DNA of 59,931 nucleotides from Pseudomonadota bacterium (GTDB taxonomy: Bacteria; Pseudomonadota; Gammaproteobacteria; Burkholderiales; SG8-39), in NCBI GenBank assembly GCA_031376265.1, contig JANMDK010000020.1, positions 1 through 59,931 of the forward strand. Direction: 5' to 3'. The position numbers and the translations under genes are program-made. The notes below the pieces were generated by a model. That model was not told the origin of the DNA. It did no database searches and was given only the letters and a program-made list of their open reading frames with translations. Below, in pieces: positions 45,476 through 54,347 of the stretch (its first letter is position 1; each line of letters opens with the position of its first letter).

Positions 45476-46111
45476 ATGACGAGCGACGTAGTCCTCCTCC
45501 ACGGCCTGTGGATGCCCGGCGTCGTCATGAAGCCGCTCGCCTCGCGCCTCGAGGCACGTGGCCTGCGCACGCATCTCTTCGGCTACGCGAGCCGGCAGCG
45601 GCCGCTGGAAGCGCATGCGGACCGGCTGGTGCGCTTCGTGCGCGAATGCGCGGGGGGCGCGCCGGTGCAGTTCGTCGCCCATAGTTTCGGCGGCCTGGTG
45701 GTGCTGGCCGCGCTCGCGCGTGAGGACGCGCCCAAGGCTTCCCGCGTCGTTCTTCTCGGCACGCCGGTGCTCGGCTGCATGGCCGGCCGCAGGCTGGGGC
45801 TCAGCGCGCCCGGACGCTGGCTGCTCGGCGAAAGCCGGCCGCTCTGGCAGGAGCGCAAGGCGGTGAAATGGGGCGGCCCTGCGCCGCTGGGCGTCATCGC
45901 GGGCAGCCGCCCCTCGATCGGGCTGGGGCGCCTCATGGGGCGCCTGCCGGGCGTGAACGACGGGGTCGTGCGCTACGACGAAACCGCGCTCGAGGGCATG
46001 GCCGAGCGCATCGTGCTGCCGGTCAGCCACACCGAACTTATCTTCTCGGCGCGCGTCGAAGCCCAGACTGCGCACTTTCTCGCGCACGGAAAATTCCTCC
46101 ACGATGCCTGA
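45476..46111 (+). CDS. Alpha/beta fold hydrolase
   Basis: LLHGLW, AHSFGG, NDGVV, SHT. Confidence 0.85.
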   Translation: MTSDVVLLHGLWMPGVVMKPLASRLEARGLRTHLFGYASRQRPLEAHADRLVRFVRECAGGAPVQFVAHSFGGLVVLAALAREDAPKASRVVLLGTPVLGCMAGRRLGLSAPGRWLLGESRPLWQERKAVKWGGPAPLGVIAGSRPSIGLGRLMGRLPGVNDGVVRYDETALEGMAERIVLPVSHTELIFSARVEAQTAHFLAHGKFLHDA

Positions 46112-47225
46112 ATTTCCCCGCGCCGCCAGGCGCCCCGCGGCGGCCTTCGTCACCGCCTTCCTCGCCGTCTTTTTCGCAGCCTCACTTTCCGGCTGCGAGA
46201 CGCTCTCGTACTACTCGCAGGCGGTCGGCGGCCAGCTCGCGCTCACCGCCAAGGCCATGCCCATCGAGCGGCTGGTCGAGGATCCCGCGACCCCCGCCGA
46301 CCTGCGCGCCAAGCTCCAGCTCGCGCGCGAGATCCGCGATTTCGCCACGCGCGAGCTCGGGCTTCCCGACGACGGCAGCTACCGCCAGTACGCCGACCTC
46401 GGCCGGCCTTATGTCGTCTGGAACCTCTTCGTCACGCCGGAGTTCTCCACCAAGGCGGTGGAGTCCTGCTTCCCGGTCACCGGCTGCGTGACCTATCGCG
46501 GCTACTTCGCGGAGGCCGATGCGCAGGCCTATGCGGCGAAGAAGCGCGCCGAGGGGTTCGACGTGCAGGTGAGCGGCATCCCGGCGTATTCGACGCTCGG
46601 CTGGTTCGACGATCCGTTGCTCAACACCTTTATCCGCTACCCGGAGGCCGAGCTCGCGCGGCTGGTGTTCCACGAGATGGCGCACCACGTGGTCTACGCC
46701 AAGGGCGACACGGTGTTCAACGAGTCTTTCGCGGTGGCGGTGGAGCGCGCGGGCGTGCGCCGCTGGCTTGCAGAGCGCAAGGTGACCGGCGACCTGGCCG
46801 CGTTTTTCAAGGGGCGCGAGCGGCAGCGCGAGTTCATCGAGATGATCGAGGCGGCCAAGGTCCGCATGGACAGGATCTACGACCAGAACCTGCCGATCGA
46901 AGGATTGCGCGCGGCCAAGCGCGCGGGGTTCGACGAGCTGCGCAAGGACTACGAGGCGCTCAAGGCGCGCTGGGGCGGCTTTTCGGGCTACGACCGCATC
47001 CTCGGCAAGGAGCCGGGCAACGCGCTGCTCGCCTCGATTACCGCCTACTCGAAATTCGTGCCCGGGTTCGAGCGCCTGCTCGAAGCGGAGGGCAGCAACC
47101 TGCCGCGGTTCTACGCTGCGGTCAAAGAGCTTGCGCGACTGCCGAAGGAAGAGCGCTGCCGCAAGCTCATGGACGGCATGCCCGGCGCCGCGCCTAGCTC
47201 AGAGGCGTGTTTACCCAGGAAGTGA
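46104..47225 (+). CDS. Putative zinc aminopeptidase lipoprotein
   Basis: Lipobox LSGC, AYSTLGWFDDP, HEMAH, FNESFA. Confidence 0.82.
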   Translation: MPEFPRAARRPAAAFVTAFLAVFFAASLSGCETLSYYSQAVGGQLALTAKAMPIERLVEDPATPADLRAKLQLAREIRDFATRELGLPDDGSYRQYADLGRPYVVWNLFVTPEFSTKAVESCFPVTGCVTYRGYFAEADAQAYAAKKRAEGFDVQVSGIPAYSTLGWFDDPLLNTFIRYPEAELARLVFHEMAHHVVYAKGDTVFNESFAVAVERAGVRRWLAERKVTGDLAAFFKGRERQREFIEMIEAAKVRMDRIYDQNLPIEGLRAAKRAGFDELRKDYEALKARWGGFSGYDRILGKEPGNALLASITAYSKFVPGFERLLEAEGSNLPRFYAAVKELARLPKEERCRKLMDGMPGAAPSSEACLPRK

Positions 47226-47814
47226 ATGCCGGCCGCTCGAGCAGCCGCTTGTGCCATGCGTTCAGGTTGGGGTGCGCGGGCCGCTCGATCGGCATGCGCA
47301 TCCACAGGTTGACGTAGCAGCCGAGGGGAATGTCGCCGATCGTGAGCCGGTCGCCCGCGATGAAGGGTGCCTTCCCGAGCTGCCTGTCGACGATGTCGAG
47401 CGTGTTCGCCGTCGCGGCGCGGTTCTTCTCGATCAAGGCGAGGTCGCGCTTTTCCGGCGCGGTGCGCACCGTGCCCCAGAACACTTCGCGGAAAGTCGGC
47501 GCCAGCTGCGCCGTGCTCCAGTCCATCCAGCGATCGGAATCGGCGCGCTGCCGCTGGTCTTCCGGGCAGAGCTTGCCGAGGCTGTACTTGAGCGCCAGGT
47601 AGCGCACGATCGCGTTGGACTCCCACAGCACGAAGCCGTCGTCGTCGATCGTAGGCACGCGCGCGTTGGGATTCATGGCCTGGTAGTCCGGCGAGCCGAC
47701 CACCCCGTGCTCCATGCCGGCGTCGATGCGCTCGAAGGGGATGCCGAGCTCGCCGATGCACCACATCACCTTCTTCACGTTGACCGAGTTGACCCGGCCC
47801 CAGATGCGCAGCAT
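47194..47814 (-). CDS. Glutathione S-transferase family protein
   Basis: IWGRVNSVNV, NPNARVP, LWESNAIVRYL, TIGDI. Confidence 0.9.
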   Translation of the reverse strand: MLRIWGRVNSVNVKKVMWCIGELGIPFERIDAGMEHGVVGSPDYQAMNPNARVPTIDDDGFVLWESNAIVRYLALKYSLGKLCPEDQRQRADSDRWMDWSTAQLAPTFREVFWGTVRTAPEKRDLALIEKNRAATANTLDIVDRQLGKAPFIAGDRLTIGDIPLGCYVNLWMRMPIERPAHPNLNAWHKRLLERPAFTSWVNTPLS

Positions 47815-47825
47815 GTTGGTTTCCC

Positions 47826-48446
47826 TTACGCGATCGGCAGTGCAACGACCTTCTTGAATGCAGGCCGCTCGGAGATGCGCGAGTACCAGGCCTCGTAGTT
47901 CGGCAGGCTCGGCTTCGAGGGCATCACGTTCTGCACCAGGTACACGATCGGGCCGAAGGCGATGTCGCCCATGGTGAGCTCGTCGCCGCCGACGAACTTG
48001 CGGCCCGCGAGGCCGCTGTCGAGGCGTGCGAGCATGTCGTTCGTGGCCTTTACGCCGGCGTCGATCTCCGCCTGGCTGCGCTTCTCGGCCGGCGTGCGGA
48101 TCAGGTTCCAGAACACCGGGCGGAAGGCCGGCCACAGCGTCGCGGTGCACCAGTCCATCCAGCGGTCCGAGTCGGCGCGTGCCTTGAGGTCGGCCGGCCA
48201 GAGCTTGCCGGCCGAGTGCTTGGCGGCGAGGTAACGCACGACCGCGTTCGACTCCCAGAGGATGAAGCCCTCGTCGTCGATCGTCGGCACGAGGCCGTTC
48301 GGGTTCAGCTTGCGGTACTCGGGCGTGTTGACCACGCCGAAGCCCAAGCCGGCGTCGATGCGCTCGTACGGCAGCGCCATCTCCTCGCACAGCCAGGTGA
48401 CCTTCTTGACGTTGGACGAATTCGCTCGTCCCCAGACTTTAAGCAT
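47826..48446 (-). CDS. Glutathione S-transferase family protein
   Basis: VWGRANSSNV, NPNGLVP, LWESNAVVRYL, TMGDI. Confidence 0.9.
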   Translation of the reverse strand: MLKVWGRANSSNVKKVTWLCEEMALPYERIDAGLGFGVVNTPEYRKLNPNGLVPTIDDEGFILWESNAVVRYLAAKHSAGKLWPADLKARADSDRWMDWCTATLWPAFRPVFWNLIRTPAEKRSQAEIDAGVKATNDMLARLDSGLAGRKFVGGDELTMGDIAFGPIVYLVQNVMPSKPSLPNYEAWYSRISERPAFKKVVALPIA

Positions 48447-48476
48447 CGAGCACTCCGTAGTTAGCTTTTAAATATC

Positions 48477-48543
48477 TCTCATGCTTTTGCGAAATCAACG
48501 ATTGCGCGATCGCGCAATCGAAGTATTTCGCAAAAGCATGAGA
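48477..48543. repeat. 67-bp near-perfect palindrome
   Basis: 19-bp outer arms (TCTCATGCTTTTGCGAAAT / ATTTCGCAAAAGCATGAGA) around a 22-bp perfect palindrome CGATTGCGCGATCGCGCAATCG. Confidence 0.9.
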
Positions 48544-48552
48544 CTTGGAAAG

Positions 48553-48637
48553 TCAAAATCGGGAGGGCGGTGAATTCGACTCTGACCCCATTTAATTCAA
48601 AACCGGGAGAGCCGTAATTCGACTCTGACCCCATTTA
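48553..48637. repeat. Two tandem ~43-bp units with an identical 22-bp core
   Basis: AATTCGACTCTGACCCCATTTA at 48573-48594 and 48616-48637, each preceded by TCAAAA(T/C)CGGGAG. Confidence 0.88.
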
Positions 48638-48643
48638 TTTTGA

Positions 48644-50254
48644 TTAGAAACCGACGGCCTGGCCATCCCTTCGCGGATCGCTCGCGGCGAAGTAGCCGCC
48701 GCCGGAATCCATGCGCCAGATGAGCTGCGCGCTGCCGAAGTCCATGTAGCCTTCCTTGAGCTCGGCGAGCTTGTGGCCGCGGCGCGTGAGTTCCTCGAGC
48801 ACGGTGCCCGAGAAGCCGCCTTCGACGTTGACCTCCATGCCTTGCACGACGCGAAAGCGCGGGCCGTCGGAAGCCGCCTGCGGATTCTGGTTGTAGTCGG
48901 CGATGCGCACGATGAGCTGGGTATGGCCCTGCGGCTGCATGGTGCCGCCCATGAGGCCGAAGCTCATGATGGGTTTGCCGTCCTTGGTCACGAAGCCCGG
49001 GATGATCGTCTGGTAGGGGCGCTTCTTCGGCGCGACTTCGTTGGGATGCCCCGGGGTGCGCACGAAGGTGGAGCCGCGGTTCTGCAGCGACACGCCAGTG
49101 CCCTGCGGCACGACGCCGGAGCCGAAGCCCATGTAGTTCGACTGGATCAGCGAGACCATCATGCCGGAAGCATCGGCCGCGGTGAGGTACACCGTGCCGC
49201 CCTTGGGCGGCGTGCCGTGGCCGAAATCCTGCGCTTTCTTCATGTCGATCAGCTTTGCGCGCGACTTGAGGTAGCCCTTGTCGAGCAGCGTTTCGGGCTT
49301 GATATCCATCCAGTCGAGGTCGGCCACGTACCGGCGCGCGTCCGCAAACGCCAGCTTCACCGCTTCGATCTGCAGGTGGAGGCTGTCGGCCGAGTCGACG
49401 GGCAGGCTGGCGACGTCGAACTGCTCGAGGATGCCGAGCGCGATGAGGGCGACGATTCCCTGCCCGTTCGGCGGCAGCTCGTGGATCGTGTAGCCGCGGT
49501 ACCCGACTTCCATTGGCGGCGTCCAGTCGGCCTTGTGCGCGACCAGGTCAGACAACTTCATCACGCCGCCGTGCTTCTCGGAGTGCGCAGCGAGCTTCTC
49601 GGCAATTTCGCCGCGATAGAAGACTTCGCCCTTGGTGGCGGCGATCTTCTCGAGGGTCGCGGCGTGGTCGTGGAAAGTGAACAACTGGCCCGGCGCCGGC
49701 GGCTTGCCACCAGGCATGAAGGCCTCGGCATAGCCTGGCTGCACATGCAATTCCTTGGCCTGCAGCGCCCATTGGCGCGCGATGGTCGGCGAGACGAGGA
49801 AGCCGTTGCGGCCGTAGTCGATCGCCGGCTCGAAGAGCTTCTCGAAAGGCAGCTTGCCGAATCGCTCCGACAGCATCTTCCACGCGGACACCGCGCCGGG
49901 CGCGGTGACCGTGTCCCAGCCGCGCGTCGGCATCGCCTTGAGGTCTGGATACTTTTTGGCGAAGTATTCCGGCGTCCAGCCCGCGGGCGAGCGGCCCGAG
50001 GCATTGATGCCGTGAAGCTCCTTGCCGTCCCAGAGGATCGCGAAGAGATCCGACCCAATGCCGTTCGACACCGGCTCGACCAGCGTGAGCGTGATCGCGG
50101 TGGCGAGGATCGCGTCTACCGCGTTTCCGCCATTGAGCATCATGCGCAGGCCGGCCTGCGCGGCTAGCGGCTGGGTGGTGGCGACGCAGTTGGCCGCGAG
50201 CACGGGCTTGCGCGGCCAGCTATAGGGGAAATTCCAGTTGTAGGGGGTAGTCAT
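48644..50254 (-). CDS. ggt: Gamma-glutamyltransferase family protein
   Basis: GGNAVDA, GIGSDLF, GTVYL (nucleophile Thr), LQNRG, MGGTMQPQGH, SDPRRDG. Confidence 0.9.
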   Translation of the reverse strand: MTTPYNWNFPYSWPRKPVLAANCVATTQPLAAQAGLRMMLNGGNAVDAILATAITLTLVEPVSNGIGSDLFAILWDGKELHGINASGRSPAGWTPEYFAKKYPDLKAMPTRGWDTVTAPGAVSAWKMLSERFGKLPFEKLFEPAIDYGRNGFLVSPTIARQWALQAKELHVQPGYAEAFMPGGKPPAPGQLFTFHDHAATLEKIAATKGEVFYRGEIAEKLAAHSEKHGGVMKLSDLVAHKADWTPPMEVGYRGYTIHELPPNGQGIVALIALGILEQFDVASLPVDSADSLHLQIEAVKLAFADARRYVADLDWMDIKPETLLDKGYLKSRAKLIDMKKAQDFGHGTPPKGGTVYLTAADASGMMVSLIQSNYMGFGSGVVPQGTGVSLQNRGSTFVRTPGHPNEVAPKKRPYQTIIPGFVTKDGKPIMSFGLMGGTMQPQGHTQLIVRIADYNQNPQAASDGPRFRVVQGMEVNVEGGFSGTVLEELTRRGHKLAELKEGYMDFGSAQLIWRMDSGGGYFAASDPRRDGQAVGF

Positions 50255-50278
50255 CCGCCGAGTATAGGAGGAAAAGTT

Positions 50279-51373
50279 TCAGCCGCCGGCGTGCTCGGCC
50301 GCCGTTTCGAAATCCAGCACCACGCGGCCGAGGATCTGCCCGGCCTTGAGCTCCTCGAGCGTGCGATTGACCTCGGAAGCCGGGCGCGTCTCGACCGGCA
50401 TGGGCTTGAGTTTCTTTTTCTTCGCCAGCGCCACGACGGCCTTGAGCTCGGCGAGGTCGCCGACGTACGACCCACTGATCGTGACCGCGCGCTGCGCGAT
50501 CGGCGGCAGCGGCAGCGTGACTTCGCCGCCGAAGAGGCCGCAGAGGATCAGCTTGCCGCCCTTGCGCAGCGCCGGGTAGGCCGTCATGAACGTGGCCGGC
50601 ATGCCCACCAGGTCGATGGCGCCGACCAGGTTGGACTGCGCGAGCGCAATGAGTTTTTGCGTCGCGTCCGGCTCGCGCGTGTTGAGCACGAGCTTCGCCC
50701 CCATTTTGCGCGCCGCATCGAGTTTGCTTTCCTCCACGTCGCAGGCGATGACGTTCTTGATGCCCATCGCTTTCATGATCGAGATCGCGACCAGCCCAAG
50801 GCCGCCGCAGCCGAGCACCGCGACCCAGTCCTTGGGGCCGAGCGCCGGCAGCTTGGTGATCGCGCTGTAGGTGGTGAGGCCCGAGCAGGCGAGCGTGGCC
50901 GCGAAGGCGTCGTCTACGCCGCTTGAGTCCACGAGGTAGCGCGGGTGCGGGATCAGCACATGGGTCGAGTACGCACCGGCGCGATTCACGCCGAGGTATT
51001 GCGTGCCCGAGACGCAGTAGTTGTCCTTGCCCGACTTGCAGACCGCGCACTTGCCGCAGCCGATCCACGGGTAGACGAGGCGGCGCTGGCCGACCTTGAT
51101 GCCTCTTACCGCCTTGGCTACACCGGGGCCGATGGCTTCGACGACACCGAACGGCTCATGCCCAAGCGTGAAAGGCGGGATGCAGCCGCGTTCCTTGACG
51201 TAGAAGCGCTTGCCCCCGCCGAGATCGAAATACCCGTCCCAGATATGCAGGTCGCTGTGACAAACGCCCGAGCGCGTGATGCGCACCAGCACTTCCGTTC
51301 CCTTGGGCCTGGGCGGGCTGGTGAAGACTTTCTGCAATGGCTTGCCGTGCTCGACGACCTGGTAACTCAGCAT
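50279..51373 (-). CDS. Zinc-dependent alcohol dehydrogenase
   Basis: GVCHSD, LGHE, CGKCAVC...C, GCGGLG. Confidence 0.9.
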   Translation of the reverse strand: MLSYQVVEHGKPLQKVFTSPPRPKGTEVLVRITRSGVCHSDLHIWDGYFDLGGGKRFYVKERGCIPPFTLGHEPFGVVEAIGPGVAKAVRGIKVGQRRLVYPWIGCGKCAVCKSGKDNYCVSGTQYLGVNRAGAYSTHVLIPHPRYLVDSSGVDDAFAATLACSGLTTYSAITKLPALGPKDWVAVLGCGGLGLVAISIMKAMGIKNVIACDVEESKLDAARKMGAKLVLNTREPDATQKLIALAQSNLVGAIDLVGMPATFMTAYPALRKGGKLILCGLFGGEVTLPLPPIAQRAVTISGSYVGDLAELKAVVALAKKKKLKPMPVETRPASEVNRTLEELKAGQILGRVVLDFETAAEHAGG

Positions 51374-51398
51374 GGTGACTCCCCTTGGATTTTCGTTT

Positions 51399-52880
51399 TC
51401 AGTCGGCCGGCACGGCACGCTCGCGCGCCCAGGCCCTAAGCGATGCAACTTTCTCCGCCATGATGACCGAGAGCGGCCGTGTGCGCCCGAATTCGGCGGC
51501 GAGGTGCCCGGTGCCCAGCGGGACCTTCTCGGCCATGGCCTCGTAAAGCGAAGAGATCACCGCCTGCTCGATCTCGGCGCCGGAGAAGCCTTCGCTCGCG
51601 GCGGCGAGCTTTACGAGGTCGAACCTGCCAGGGGCGCTCTTTTTCTTGGCGAGGTGAATCCTGAGGATCTGCTCGCGCGCCGCCGGCCCGGGCAGGTCGA
51701 CGAAGAAGATCTCGTCGAAGCGCCCCTTCCTCAGCAGCTCCGGTGGCAACGCGGAAATGTCGTTGGCGGTGGCAACAAGGAAAACGCGGCTGGTGCGCTC
51801 GGCCATCCAGGTGAGCAGGGTGCCGAGGACCCGCCGCGACACGCCGCCGTCCGAGTCGCCGCCGGAATCGCCGGCGATGCCCTTCTCGATCTCGTCCATC
51901 CACAGCACGCACGGAGACATCGCGCCGGCGATCGACAGGGCTTCGCGCATGTTGCGTTCGGTCTCGCCGTGGTACTTCTGGTAGAGCGTGCCGAAGTCCA
52001 GGCGAAAGAGGGGCAGGTGCCAGCTGCCGGCGACGCACTTGGCCGCGAGGCTCTTGCCCGCGCCCTGCACGCCGAGCAGCAGCATGCCCTTCGGCGGCGG
52101 CAACGGGCTGTCGGGCACCGGGTTGAGGAACACCTCGCGCCGCACTTTGAGCCAGCGCTTGAGGTTGGCCAGGCCACCCAGCTCTTCCACATCCGGGATG
52201 CCCGGCTCGAGCGTGAGGATCTCGCTGGCCTGCAGGAATTCGTGCTTGGCCTTGAGCACCTTGCCGATGTCCTGGAGCGTGACCGCGCCGTCGTCGCGGA
52301 TCGCCATGCGCGCAAGGCGCCGCGCATCCTCCTCGGTGAGGCCGCCCAGGTGCTGGATCAGCATGTTGAGCGCTTCGCGGCTGCCGGAGACCTTGTCGCC
52401 GGTGGACTCGCGGTAGCGCGCGGCCTCCGAGTTGATGATCTTCTGGATCTCCGCCGCATTCGGCAGGGACGGCTTGAAGCGCGCGGTGATGCGCACGATG
52501 TCTTCCGGCACCTCGAGCTTGGCCGAGAGGAAGACCAGCATGCGATGCGAGTACTCGGACTTCTGCGCGATGTCCTTGATGGTGCGCACCACGATCGGGT
52601 CGCCGAAGAAGGAATGCGCATCCAGGAACAGGTAGATGGCATTCTGCGGCGAGCCTTCGATGTGCTTCAGCGCGTCCGCGATGTTCTGGGTGTTGTAGGG
52701 CGACTCGCCGGCGGGCTGGCGCTTGAGGCCGCGGGTGATGCTCCAGACGAAGAGCGAGCGCTCGTTCAGCGTCGAAAACCGCTCGAGCATGAGGAGCACT
52801 TTCTGCTCCTCGTGGGACTCGACCGCCACGATCGGCATCCTGGCCGAGAGCAGCGATTCGAGTTCGGCGATGTCGGTCAT
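51399..52880 (-). CDS. AAA+ ATPase (Ycf46-like)
   Basis: GVQGAGKS, LWMDEIEK, ATAN, LLRKGRFDE, WARERA. Confidence 0.85.
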   Translation of the reverse strand: MTDIAELESLLSARMPIVAVESHEEQKVLLMLERFSTLNERSLFVWSITRGLKRQPAGESPYNTQNIADALKHIEGSPQNAIYLFLDAHSFFGDPIVVRTIKDIAQKSEYSHRMLVFLSAKLEVPEDIVRITARFKPSLPNAAEIQKIINSEAARYRESTGDKVSGSREALNMLIQHLGGLTEEDARRLARMAIRDDGAVTLQDIGKVLKAKHEFLQASEILTLEPGIPDVEELGGLANLKRWLKVRREVFLNPVPDSPLPPPKGMLLLGVQGAGKSLAAKCVAGSWHLPLFRLDFGTLYQKYHGETERNMREALSIAGAMSPCVLWMDEIEKGIAGDSGGDSDGGVSRRVLGTLLTWMAERTSRVFLVATANDISALPPELLRKGRFDEIFFVDLPGPAAREQILRIHLAKKKSAPGRFDLVKLAAASEGFSGAEIEQAVISSLYEAMAEKVPLGTGHLAAEFGRTRPLSVIMAEKVASLRAWARERAVPAD

Positions 52881-52887
52881 GCCGCGT

Positions 52888-54180
52888 CTATGCCTTCCTG
52901 CCCGCGGCAGCCAGTGCCTGGTCGATGTCCCAGAGGATGTCGTCGAGCGTCTCCAGCCCCACGGACATGCGCACCATGTCCGGCAGCACGCCGGCCTTGA
53001 GTTGCTCTTCCTCCGACATCTGCCGGTGCGTGGTCGAGGCCGGATGGATGATCAGCGTCTTGGCGTCGCCGATGTTGGCGAGGTGGCTCATAAAGGTGGC
53101 GGCCTCGATGAATTTTTCGCCCGCTCTGGGCCCACCCTTGACGCCGAAATTGAGCAGGCCGGAGGCGCCCTTGGGCAGGTATTTCTGCGCGAGGGCGTAG
53201 TACTTGTTGTCCGGCAGGCCGGGGTAGTTGACCCACGCGACCTGTTTGTGCCCCTGCAGGTATTTGGCGACCGCCATCGTGTTGGCACAGTGCCGCTCCA
53301 TGCGCACATGCAGCGTCTCGAGCCCTTGCATGAGCTGCCAGGCGGCCAGCGGCGTGAGCACCGGGCCGAAGGTGCGCATGATCTCCATGCGCGCGCGCAT
53401 GGTGTAGCCGAAGTCGCCGAAGGTTTCGTAGAACCGCACGCCGTGGTAGCCGGGCGAGGGCTCGGTCATGCCGGGAAACTTGCCGTTGTCCCAAGGGAAC
53501 TTGCCCGACTCGACGATGACGCCGCCCATGGTCGTGCCGTGCCCGCCGATGTACTTGGTGGCCGAGTGGACCACGATGTCGGCGCCCCAGTCGAACGGAC
53601 GGCACAGGTAGGGCGAGGGCACTGTGTTGTCGATCATCAGCGGCACGCCGGCTTCGTGCGCGATCTTCGCCACCGCCTCGATGTCGACCATGTTCAGGAG
53701 CGGGTTGCCCAGCGTCTCGGCGTAGACCAGGCGCGTGTTCGGCTTGATCGCGCGGCGGAAATTCTCCGGGTCGTCCGAATCGACAAACGTGGTCTCGATG
53801 CCGAGCTTGGCGAGGTTGACCGCCAGCAGCGTGTAGGAGCCGCCGTAGAGCGTGGAAGCCGAGACGATGTGGTCGCCGCCCTGGCAGATGGTGAGGATCG
53901 CGGTGAATTCGGCCGCCTGGCCCGAGGCGGCGGCGAGGCCCGCGCGGCCGTTCTCGATCGCGGCCATGCGCTCCTCGAACGCCGAGACGGTCGGGTTCGA
54001 GATGCGCGAATAGACGTTGCCGAAGGTCTGCAGGTTAAAGAGGCTCGCCGCGTGCTCGGCCGAATCGAACACGAACGAGGTGGTCTGGTAGATAGGCAAC
54101 GCCCGCGCGCCGGTGGCGGGGTCGGGAATCTGGCCGGCATGCAGGCACAGGGTTTCAATACCGAATCGGCGGTCTGCCAT
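52888..54180 (-). CDS. metY: O-acetylhomoserine aminocarboxypropyltransferase/cysteine synthase
   Basis: PIYQTTSF, YSRISNPT, HSATKYIGGHG, HPASTTH. Confidence 0.85.
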   Translation of the reverse strand: MADRRFGIETLCLHAGQIPDPATGARALPIYQTTSFVFDSAEHAASLFNLQTFGNVYSRISNPTVSAFEERMAAIENGRAGLAAASGQAAEFTAILTICQGGDHIVSASTLYGGSYTLLAVNLAKLGIETTFVDSDDPENFRRAIKPNTRLVYAETLGNPLLNMVDIEAVAKIAHEAGVPLMIDNTVPSPYLCRPFDWGADIVVHSATKYIGGHGTTMGGVIVESGKFPWDNGKFPGMTEPSPGYHGVRFYETFGDFGYTMRARMEIMRTFGPVLTPLAAWQLMQGLETLHVRMERHCANTMAVAKYLQGHKQVAWVNYPGLPDNKYYALAQKYLPKGASGLLNFGVKGGPRAGEKFIEAATFMSHLANIGDAKTLIIHPASTTHRQMSEEEQLKAGVLPDMVRMSVGLETLDDILWDIDQALAAAGRKA

Positions 54181-54316
54181 GGCTTGAATCTCGAACTTTC
54201 AGTTTGCCGAAGTGAGTATCCGCGCGGCTTTCCGGGCAGTTGCTATATGTATTTTCATATATGCAGTGGATCGGCCCGGGGTGCCGCTCGCACGCTGGGA
54301 AAACTATAGCATGCGC

Positions 54317-54330
54317 TATAATCCGCGCCC
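54317..54330 (+). promoter_or_regulatory. prfC promoter -10 with GC-rich discriminator
   Basis: TATAAT (54317-54322) followed by CCGCGCCC. Confidence 0.6.
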
Positions 54331-54347
54331 CCCGGCCTGACCATCCA

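Noticed and set aside
48553-48637. Possible mini CRISPR array
   Set aside because: Only two units, the sequences between the cores are similar to each other rather than unique spacers, and no cas genes are present
54181-54347. SAM/SAH riboswitch upstream of the metY-like gene
   Set aside because: No recognisable riboswitch consensus by eye; an Rfam covariance search would be needed to exclude it fully
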